NCBI GenBank assembly: GCA_964564035.1
Contig: CAZLZN010000003.1
Location: forward strand, 13,995 to 77,994
Length of the DNA: 64,000 nucleotides
From: an uncultured Gammaproteobacteria bacterium
Lineage (GTDB): Bacteria; Patescibacteriota; Microgenomatia; Levybacterales; UBA12049
Reading direction: 5' to 3'
In this document: positions 27,801 to 34,454 of the stretch, piece by piece
Layout: each line of letters begins with the position of its first letter
Numbering within the stretch: position 1 is the first letter of the stretch
The notes under the pieces: model-generated
Seen by the model: only the letters and a program-made list of their open reading frames with translations
Told to the model about the DNA's origin: nothing
Databases searched by the model: none
Program-made: the position numbers and the translations under genes

Positions 27801-30568
27801 ATACGGTTGGTTTGGGGAACCTCCACCTGCTTAGATGCGATATCCAGAACATCGGCCGCGACCCCGACGCCCTTACTGCGTGCTTCACTAAGCTTCTCGC
27901 TGAGCTTCTGAATATCGGCTGACGAAGTAGATTTACTGACAGACAACAATGAAGTGGCAAGCTCATTTCCTTTTTGACTCTCGCTCTTAAGTGCTTCATG
28001 AAGTTTTGTCATCTTCTCCTTGTCAATAGCAGAAGCAGTCGATGGATTGGCGATCTGCTGCAGAACGCTTTTGACCCGCGTTACGTTTTGAGCCTGCTGT
28101 AAACTGCTGTTAATAGTCGAAATGACTTGCGATGACATTGATGACTCTTTTGTCTGCTGAAGCTTTTCGCTTATTTTCTCAAGCTCAGCTTGAGTCGTAG
28201 TATCTTTTACAGATAAAATTTGAGACGCCAGCTGATTATTGTTTTCCTTGCTCTCGCGCGCGAGCATATCGTGGATCTTAGACATCTTCTCACGCTCTAC
28301 CGCGTTGTTAATAGATGCAGGATTTGCGATTTGCTGTAGAACGCTCTTTGTTTTATTTATTGTCTCGGCTCTTTGCAGACTGCTGTTTATTGATGACAAG
28401 ACCTGTGAAGACATAGCCGTGTCTTTCGTTTGCTCAAGCTTTTCGCTTATCTTTTCAAGTTCTGCCATCGTGGTCGTATCTTTTACCTGCAAAATTTGAG
28501 ACGCCAGCTGATTATTGTTTTCCTTGCTCTCGCGCGCGAGCATATCGTGGATCTTAGACATTTTCTCGCGCTCGACAGAGCCGGAAACAGAAGCGGGATT
28601 TGCGATCTGCTGTAGAACGCTCTTGATCTGAGTTGCTTTTACGGTATTTGAAACTGTGGACGCCACAGGATTACCTGACGCCTTTTCCCTAACCATTTGA
28701 TCCCTGATCTTATCAAGCTCGGTTGCCGTTGTTTTATCATTGACTGACAAAATTGTACTCGCAAGCTGGTTATTATTTTCCTTGCTTTCCCTTGAAAGCA
28801 TTTCGTTTAGCTGTGACATGCGCTCTCTGTCTATTACATTTGTGGTTGACGCTGGATTTGCGATTTGCTGTAGAATGCTTCTGAACTGAGAATCGGACAC
28901 TTGCACGCTTCTCTGAGATTGATTTCTGACTGCGTTGCTGACTGCGCTCAAAATCGTCGTCGCGATCAAATTCCCCTGCTGACTTTCCCTGACCAATCTT
29001 TCATTCATGCTGACATATCTCTCACGGTCGGCAGCAGACATGATCGAAGCCGGATTGCCGATCTTTTCAAGCATTTCCCTCATTTGCATTATCTCCTGCC
29101 TTTGACTTGCGTTATTCGACACCATTGAAGAATCATATCTGGCAATATCTCTCATTGTAGGTAGCGGGATATTTGCAAAACTGATGACCTCGGCATTTAT
29201 CTGTGCCATAGGCATACTTACCATTGCATTTCCGACGCTTTGCGACTGCGTTTGCACCTGGCCGGCAACAGATGTACCTTTAAGCTCCGCTGCTATCTCT
29301 TTCGCAGCGCCGCCGGGCGACTGCAGTATTGGCTTAAACGAAGGCAAAGTAACCGACCTTTTCGTAAACGGCAAAGTAAGAGCAGTGCCGGCAGGAGCCG
29401 CAGGACCGCCGCCTGGCGCGGTTGGAGGCACCATTTTATTACTCACAACAGCAAGCATATTTTTCATCATCGCGTTCTCACCGGCAAACTGCGCGGAATA
29501 TTCTAAAAATATTTGCAGAAGAATCCACGGCAAAAGTATAACCATCCACAACATTATGAGCGCCACAACGTACAGCATGAACGTCTCTGTCAAATTCACG
29601 CTGTTAGTCGGAGTAACAAACTGTTTTGGTCCTCCAAGCAATATATTAACCGCTGTCGGAAAAATGATCCTGGTAGGATCTTGAATCGCCGGATTGCCAA
29701 ACTGCAAAGGAATAGCCTGGCGCCACATAAAGACCAGCCCCTGTAGAAAAATTGCGAACAGCGGCCCATACAAAAGCCATCTGAAAAACTCTCCGATCCA
29801 GATTTTACCCGTGTTCCTGACAGGATAAAATAAAAGTAAAAGCGGGAAAATAGGAGAAATTATTATAAAAAACCACAAAATGATCTTTCTGATAAGTAAA
29901 ATGCCAACCATCACATAATAAGTCAGCGCTGTGAGCTTTGTGAGAAGCAAAGATATAAAAGCCGACTCCGCGTTATAATCTCCGAGAAGCCTCAGTCCTA
30001 CGAAGTTTTGATATTGCCAGCCCACATATAATAGATCAACCTGGGAAATACAATCCGGCGGACAGGAATTAGTACCTGATCGCAGGAAAAATCCCTGAAT
30101 CAAATCTGTAAACTGATATAAAAACTGTAGTATCGCGTAGGATAGGGATATGAGTATCAATACTGCCGTAAACCTAGGAATAAACCTCATTATGGTCAAA
30201 CTCCTGCCGCGGGTGACTATAATTATCATCGATGTTGCCAAAATAACGAGTAATAAAAGAGGCAGTACGATCCATTGAACGATTGTCCACCAAAAAGCGG
30301 CAAGAGGATTATTGGAGTTGTCGCAATTTCTGTCTGCTACCTTGGTAACACAAACCCACTGATAATTTTCGAGAGTCCAGTCCAGTGTGAGTCCTGAACG
30401 AGCGGCGTTCTTGCCTATAAAAGTAACCTCAGGATCCACAACCCACAAACCTCCCGTCGGAGCGGCTTGGGGCGGAGGCTGAGCATTGACTACCGAAATC
30501 GGAAATACCAAGCTGAATCCGCAAAATAATATTGCTAAAAGAACGGGCAGAATTCTTTTCATTTTCAA
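24809..30568 (-). CDS. Giant (1919 aa) polytopic membrane protein (VirB6/TrbL-like context) with three repeat super-modules
   Basis: Signal peptide plus about 6 TM helices in aa 1-360 (nt ~29488-30568). Three super-modules follow, each made of an anchor motif ([IL]P..[MR|LK]DIAR[YF][DE]S), 3-5 'IANP' repeats of ~90 aa and a ~110-aa module (..MWKENYQ..ILPFLLVGGFSQAEIVSYL). Its start overlaps the pilin gene stop by 4 nt. Confidence 0.8.
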   Translation of the reverse strand: MKMKRILPVLLAILFCGFSLVFPISVVNAQPPPQAAPTGGLWVVDPEVTFIGKNAARSGLTLDWTLENYQWVCVTKVADRNCDNSNNPLAAFWWTIVQWIVLPLLLLVILATSMIIIVTRGRSLTIMRFIPRFTAVLILISLSYAILQFLYQFTDLIQGFFLRSGTNSCPPDCISQVDLLYVGWQYQNFVGLRLLGDYNAESAFISLLLTKLTALTYYVMVGILLIRKIILWFFIIISPIFPLLLLFYPVRNTGKIWIGEFFRWLLYGPLFAIFLQGLVFMWRQAIPLQFGNPAIQDPTRIIFPTAVNILLGGPKQFVTPTNSVNLTETFMLYVVALIMLWMVILLPWILLQIFLEYSAQFAGENAMMKNMLAVVSNKMVPPTAPGGGPAAPAGTALTLPFTKRSVTLPSFKPILQSPGGAAKEIAAELKGTSVAGQVQTQSQSVGNAMVSMPMAQINAEVISFANIPLPTMRDIARYDSSMVSNNASQRQEIMQMREMLEKIGNPASIMSAADRERYVSMNERLVRESQQGNLIATTILSAVSNAVRNQSQRSVQVSDSQFRSILQQIANPASTTNVIDRERMSQLNEMLSRESKENNNQLASTILSVNDKTTATELDKIRDQMVREKASGNPVASTVSNTVKATQIKSVLQQIANPASVSGSVEREKMSKIHDMLARESKENNNQLASQILQVKDTTTMAELEKISEKLEQTKDTAMSSQVLSSINSSLQRAETINKTKSVLQQIANPASINNAVEREKMSKIHDMLARESKENNNQLASQILSVKDTTTQAELEKISEKLQQTKESSMSSQVISTINSSLQQAQNVTRVKSVLQQIANPSTASAIDKEKMTKLHEALKSESQKGNELATSLLSVSKSTSSADIQKLSEKLSEARSKGVGVAADVLDIASKQVEVPQTNRIQTVTPEELAEVKKMWKENYQNMEVPEGMSGTRAEWMKDDVDKIGNLIGLLTSADQEQVNQGLSEVSNILPFLLVGGFSQAEIVSYLQTKQEAAKEVLESLKAEEETKVTVETKQASAQQAMAVSVEAPSVEVSVPQAATSTIVTPQVSNEILAMVNLKVPRMRDIARFDSMSLSRDKSKAVEVQKVKETLENIANPASVAVSTERVKFDKLREKLLEEGQKGNATASIVLAAAGASAAHVSFASIQASEIKNILTQIANPATVTSESEKESFNKLHEALLSESHDKKNELATTILSVNDNTSVDELKKIKEQLEKAQVQGNVLATTVISTVNKSVQSQKVRQVLAQIANPATAASTADRERLTKLHDSITKASQEGNELATSILSVNKSTSTADIQKLSEKLKEAQLKGESVASTVMGEVPQPITLPQTNRIQTVTPEELAEVKKMWKENYQNMEVPEGMSGTRAEWMKDDVDKIGNLIGLLTSADQEQVNQGLSEVSNILPFLLVGGFSQAEIVSYLQTKQEAAKEVLESLKAEEETKVTVETKQASAQQAMAVSVEAPSVEVSVPQAATSTIVTPQVSNEILAMVNLKVPSLKDIARYESIALSKDNNKKAEIQKMRQVLEKIAEPGRAADPAEKQSIEKLRIKLEEETQKGNATAESVLSASRNSVPDKAQTAVPMALVKSELMNIVKLELVSESEKMQYKELHDILQRETEQNKNETAQKILAIKEDISLLGVQSIYDELINEANKGVPFAQNVVNTINNKAEINNFKKIIQQIANPSPIVSQASKERFSKLHSELSESARAGNKLAQSILDVKPTTGAKEIAQLKKDLNDASKKDDKLAKSVMSSVSPAVAPSDNRLQSVSDKDYSEIEKMWEENYRTLPVPFGFSDDKKGRIEWIEKDIENISGTIALLLSDEVERKNEGMQKVGAILPFLLLGGFSYSEIVNYLRIKLKAANTVLSELKTSEAQEEKVDVEVKNSTEENNLEKEEEIKS
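26022..26523. repeat. 502-bp perfect direct repeat, copy A (inside the giant gene)
   Basis: Compared line by line with 27318-27819 and found identical. The offset is 1296 bp (432 codons), so it is in frame. Confidence 0.9.
27318..27819. repeat. 502-bp perfect direct repeat, copy B (inside the giant gene)
   Basis: Identical to 26022-26523. The flanking bases differ (g/t on the left, g/c on the right). Confidence 0.9.
28160..28711. repeat. Two tandem 276-bp coding repeat units (92-aa IANP repeats), with ~95-nt near-identical cores
   Basis: Cores 28202-28295 and 28478-28571 differ at only a few positions (..aaaatttgagacgccagctgattattgttttccttgctctcgcgcgcgagcatatcgtggatcttagacat..). Confidence 0.85.
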
Positions 30569-30864
30569 TTACTAAAACCGGGCAAATTCAAAATATCAAC
30601 AGCTATATAAGTAAAGAATACGTATCCGAAAATTGCCAGTAACAATCCTGCCAGAGCATAAACAATATAACTCTTGCCTACATTTAACTGATGCGGCTGA
30701 CCTCTGGATGTTAATATAGTATAACCGCCCCAGATAAGCATAAGCAGAGCAAGCCCGCCCACAAATCCGATCCCGTATCCGTAGAACTTTTCTACAAATC
30801 CGACCGGATCATTGGGCCAGCAGCCGAAATCAGTCTGTATTTCGTTTAGTGCGCAAGCCGCCAT
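30565..30864 (-). CDS. Small two-TM TrbC/VirB2-like 'T4SS pilin' family protein
   Basis: The segment ..DFGCWPNDPVGFVEKF..IGFVGGLALLMLIWGGYTILTSRGQP..GKSYIVYALAGLLLAIFGYVFF..DILNLPGF matches my memory of the CPR T4SS-pilin family pattern (Cys-x-P..DP, two TM helices flanking a TS.G.P loop). I used the first ATG at 30864; the ORF track starts at a TTG at 30885. Confidence 0.55.
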   Translation of the reverse strand: MAACALNEIQTDFGCWPNDPVGFVEKFYGYGIGFVGGLALLMLIWGGYTILTSRGQPHQLNVGKSYIVYALAGLLLAIFGYVFFTYIAVDILNLPGFSN

Positions 30865-30924
30865 ATTTAAACTGTAACATATCAAAAAATCAAAAACAAT
30901 ACACTGCGCATATGCTATATCTCA

Positions 30925-30953
30925 TTGCAATTTTAAATATACTTATATATAAT
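30925..30953 (+). promoter_or_regulatory. Candidate promoter abutting the 30962 start (TTGCAA-17-TATAAT, 8 nt to ATG)
   Basis: -35 at 30925-30930, a 17-nt spacer and -10 at 30948-30953. No Shine-Dalgarno. Confidence 0.4.
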
Positions 30954-30961
30954 CCCGCCAT

Positions 30962-31642
30962 ATGTTAAGAGAAAATTTATTTTACGCAGCTTATAGCGTA
31001 ATTCATGGAATAGGCGAAAAGCTTGAGCCCTTATTTTATTCTCCGGCTGAAAAGAAAAGCGCTGATCTGCTTAAAAGAATGAGAGAGAATGAAGCACGCA
31101 ATATTGGAAAAGCGTTTACAGAAAACCTGATCCCCGGCTTACCGGCAGAACTCTCGGATTTTTCAAAAATTTTTAGTCTAAAAGCACAAGATTATCATAA
31201 GGACAATCTTATGCGAAGGCTTGACGTCATCAGCGCCGGATCCGTCGGATATTCCTTAGCAGAATATGGCCTAACACCCGCGGATTTCGCGAAAATTAGT
31301 CATTCTGCGGGAAAAAAACTTAGACTTCGCATTTACTATCAAAATCTCCCTTATGATGCAAAAATAAATTTTATGCCCGGCTCCGAAGCCGAAGACGGTT
31401 CACTTACTTTTACGCGGCAAGATATGCTTAGATGTGTAGCGGAAACAGCAGAGGTCCCCGGACCAACTGTCCACCAATTAACTGATTGGTATTTGAAAGT
31501 AATTCCGCACAGGCCATATGCAGTCAGCGGATTCCAGTTGGAACAAAATAGCGAAAGACCGCACTTACTTCAACTGCCTCGCGGGCAAGGCTTGGCACTT
31601 CCCGAACTAAAATTCGTTTGGGGCAAACGCAAAGAAAATTAA
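30962..31642 (+). CDS. Hypothetical protein (226 aa), divergent from the pilin cluster
   Basis: Long ORF with ordinary composition. I recognised no family. Confidence 0.45.
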   Translation: MLRENLFYAAYSVIHGIGEKLEPLFYSPAEKKSADLLKRMRENEARNIGKAFTENLIPGLPAELSDFSKIFSLKAQDYHKDNLMRRLDVISAGSVGYSLAEYGLTPADFAKISHSAGKKLRLRIYYQNLPYDAKINFMPGSEAEDGSLTFTRQDMLRCVAETAEVPGPTVHQLTDWYLKVIPHRPYAVSGFQLEQNSERPHLLQLPRGQGLALPELKFVWGKRKEN

Positions 31643-31677
31643 TACTACGATTACTATAACCTCATCATTAATGACCC

Positions 31678-31706
31678 TTGTATGAACACTTATATAATGG
31701 TATAAT
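31678..31706 (+). promoter_or_regulatory. Candidate promoter abutting the rpsO start (TTGTAT-17-TATAAT, 7 nt to ATG)
   Basis: -35 at 31678-31683, -10 at 31701-31706 and the ATG at 31714. Confidence 0.4.
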
Positions 31707-31713
31707 GATCAAC

Positions 31714-31983
31714 ATGCCGTTAAGCACTACACAAAAAAAAGTAATTATCGAAGAATTTCAAACAGCCAAAGGAGACACTGGCAGTCCCGAAGTGCAAATA
31801 GCATTATTATCCAAAAGAATTCAGCGCTTAGCTGATCACCTCAAAGAACACGCGCACGACGTACACAGCAGACGAGGACTTCTCTCAATGATCGCCAAAA
31901 GACGCAGGCTTATTAACTTTCTCAAAAAAGTCGACGACGTCCGTGTTTCAACTATATTAAAAAAGATTGGATTAAAAGACTAA
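31714..31983 (+). CDS. rpsO: 30S ribosomal protein S15
   Basis: 89 aa from the internal ATG (MPLSTTQKK..GDTGSPEVQIALLS.RI..L..HLK.H..D.HSRRGL). The ORF-track start at 31678 would add 12 non-conserved residues. Confidence 0.9.
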   Translation: MPLSTTQKKVIIEEFQTAKGDTGSPEVQIALLSKRIQRLADHLKEHAHDVHSRRGLLSMIAKRRRLINFLKKVDDVRVSTILKKIGLKD

Positions 31984-34280
31984 TGCAAAAAACCTCATTT
32001 GAACTGGAATTTGCCGGAAAAAAATTAACTCTCGAAACAGGGAATCTCGCTCCGCAAGCAACTTCATCCGTGCTTGCCAGACTTGGTGACACCATGGTTC
32101 TGGCCACTGTAGTTGCCGGAAATCCGAGACCTGATATTGACTGGTTCCCGCTAAGTGTAGAATATGTAGAGAGACTTTATGCCGGAGGCAAAATCAAAGG
32201 CAGCCGCTGGGTAAAAAGAGAAGGCCGCCCCTCTGACGAAGCAGTCCTGACCGGACGTCTGATTGACCGCTCGATCCGTCCCCTTTTTCCAAAGGAATTC
32301 AAAAACGATGTACAAGTGGTTATAACCGTACTGTCTGTTGACGGGGAAAACGAGCCCGACATTCTGTCTCTCATCGCCGTATCGGCAACTCTCGCAATAT
32401 CTCCTATACCCTGGAACGGCCCGATCGGCGCCATCAGAGTCGGACTCGTAAAAGACGAGGCCGGCAATGCCGAATATATTATGAACCCTTCAACAAGCGA
32501 GCTTAACCTGTCACAACTTGACCTCGTAGTTTCCCAGCTCAGAGACAAGACAGTCATGATCGAAGCGGGGGCTAACCAGGTAGCCGAAGAACATTTCGAG
32601 GAAGGTGTCAAAAGGGCGCACATCGAAACAGGCAAGCTTATCGATTTTATCGAGGGCATGGTCAAAAAAATCGGACAGAAAAAAACTACGGTTACACCAA
32701 ACACCAAATTAAACGAGGCAGCTATTTTACTCGAAAAATCCTACAAGACCGAAATCATGGATATCTCCAAGCGCCGTGCGGACAAAGAAACAGGCCACGA
32801 AGAACAAGATAAACTAATCGAGACCATCTACGAAAGAGAGAAAACAGCAAACCCCGATCTCGAATTCGAGAAAAAAATTATTGCCGCAGCATTTGAAAAA
32901 ATCATGTTCAAATATATCCGCAAAGATGTTGTAGAGAAAAAGAAAAGAGTCGACGGCCGCAAGATCGACGAGCTTAGACAGCTTGATGCATCTGTCGGCA
33001 TTCTTCCCAGAACGCATGGTTCGGCAATATTCCAGAGAGGCCTCAGTCAATCACTTACAGTAGCTACATTGGGGTCACCCAGGCTTGAACAAATTATCGA
33101 ATCCGCCGAAGGAGAAGAAACCAAACGCTACATTCATCACTACTCCATGCCGCCATACTCGGTCGGCGAGACAGGTAGAATGATCTCACCTTCCAGACGC
33201 GAAATAGGTCACGGCGCGCTGGCTGAGAGAGCACTAATACCTGTTATACCGGGCAAAGACGTATTCCCGTACACTATCAGAGTAGTTTCGGAAATTACAT
33301 CATCCAACGGCTCTACATCTATGGCAGCCACCTGCGGATCGACCTTGGCTCTTATGGACGCCGGAGTACCGATTATCAAGCCTGTTGGCGGCATTTCAAT
33401 AGGTATGATGTCGGATGACAAAGATTATGTTCTATTGACGGACATTATCGGACTCGAAGACTTCTCCGGAGATATGGACTTCAAAGTCGCGGGGACGACA
33501 GACGGCATTACCGCAATACAGCTCGATGTCAAAATTCCCGGACTGACTGTCAAACAAATCTCAGAAACTCTTGAGAGAGCTAAAACAGCTCGCATGACAA
33601 TTCTTGAAAAGATCCTGGCAACCATCCCCCAGCATCGCGAACGCCTGTCCGAATTCGCGCCCAAGATCGAAATCGTTAAAATCCCTGTTGAAAAGATCGG
33701 AGAAGTAATCGGGCCGGGAGGTAAAAACATCAGGAACATCATTACCCAGACCGGAGCTCAGGTTGAGGTAGAAGATGACGGTACTGTCGCAATTTCCGGA
33801 ACCGATGATGCCGCGGTCCAAAAAGCAGTCACATGGATATCCGGTATGACCCGCGAAGTAACACCCGGTGAACAATTTGAGGGAACAGTCAAACGAATCT
33901 TGCCGTTTGGAGCGTTTGTCGAATACTTGCCCGGCAAAGAAGGCATGGTTCATGTCTCCAAGATGAGTCATGAATTTGTAAATCATCCGGAAGAAGTTGT
34001 GACTATCGGACAAGGTGTAACAGTCAAAGTTATCGAGATCGATCAGCAGGGACGCGTTAACCTGACTATGAACCTGGACGATACTTCCAAACCGGAACAA
34101 AGACCCGAAAAACCTAGAACACAAAGCTTTGATAGAGGGACATCATTTGATAGAGGCGCACCAAGAGACCGGGATCATGCAAGAGGCCCTGTTGCCCCGG
34201 CCCGCCGGGATCATCCGCTCAGCAGACAGTTTCAGCGCGAAAAATTCGGCTCACGCCCCAAAAAACGCTTCGGGAGATAA
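31983..34280 (+). CDS. pnp: Polyribonucleotide nucleotidyltransferase (PNPase) with ~65-aa basic R/D-rich C-terminal tail
   Basis: Two RNase PH domains, then KH (GPGGKNIRNI) and S1 (GTVKRILPFGAFVE) domains. The ATG overlaps the rpsO stop (taATG). Confidence 0.9.
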   Translation: MQKTSFELEFAGKKLTLETGNLAPQATSSVLARLGDTMVLATVVAGNPRPDIDWFPLSVEYVERLYAGGKIKGSRWVKREGRPSDEAVLTGRLIDRSIRPLFPKEFKNDVQVVITVLSVDGENEPDILSLIAVSATLAISPIPWNGPIGAIRVGLVKDEAGNAEYIMNPSTSELNLSQLDLVVSQLRDKTVMIEAGANQVAEEHFEEGVKRAHIETGKLIDFIEGMVKKIGQKKTTVTPNTKLNEAAILLEKSYKTEIMDISKRRADKETGHEEQDKLIETIYEREKTANPDLEFEKKIIAAAFEKIMFKYIRKDVVEKKKRVDGRKIDELRQLDASVGILPRTHGSAIFQRGLSQSLTVATLGSPRLEQIIESAEGEETKRYIHHYSMPPYSVGETGRMISPSRREIGHGALAERALIPVIPGKDVFPYTIRVVSEITSSNGSTSMAATCGSTLALMDAGVPIIKPVGGISIGMMSDDKDYVLLTDIIGLEDFSGDMDFKVAGTTDGITAIQLDVKIPGLTVKQISETLERAKTARMTILEKILATIPQHRERLSEFAPKIEIVKIPVEKIGEVIGPGGKNIRNIITQTGAQVEVEDDGTVAISGTDDAAVQKAVTWISGMTREVTPGEQFEGTVKRILPFGAFVEYLPGKEGMVHVSKMSHEFVNHPEEVVTIGQGVTVKVIEIDQQGRVNLTMNLDDTSKPEQRPEKPRTQSFDRGTSFDRGAPRDRDHARGPVAPARRDHPLSRQFQREKFGSRPKKRFGR

Positions 34281-34320
34281 AGTATCCTGTTTATAACCTG
34301 CAAATTTATATTTCGCTTAA

Positions 34321-34380
34321 AATTCAATTTTTTTATCTTTTAGCTTGTCTTTAATCTTTGATCTTTGACTTTTGATCTAA
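34321..34380. repeat. AT-rich element with the ctttgatctttga core, downstream of pnp
   Basis: ..tagcttgtctttaatctttgatctttgacttttgatct.. Confidence 0.55.
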
Positions 34381-34454
34381 AAAGCCTTCATTAAACTCAT
34401 AATTTCAATTGGTAATCGTTGCGCTCAATTCATAAAATAATGTATTATTAATAT

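Noticed and set aside
29184-29684. 166-aa plus-strand ORF and other plus-strand ORFs across 25016-29746
   Set aside because: They are antisense to the giant gene, and their repetitive nature simply mirrors the coding repeats.
24809-30568. Regularly spaced repeats that might suggest a CRISPR array or a non-coding satellite
   Set aside because: The repeat period is 276 bp (or 1296 bp), in frame within one uninterrupted 1919-codon ORF. The units are diverged at the DNA level but conserved at the protein level. There is no short repeat/spacer structure.
32177-34124. Several 60-187-aa minus-strand ORFs
   Set aside because: They are antisense shadows inside pnp.
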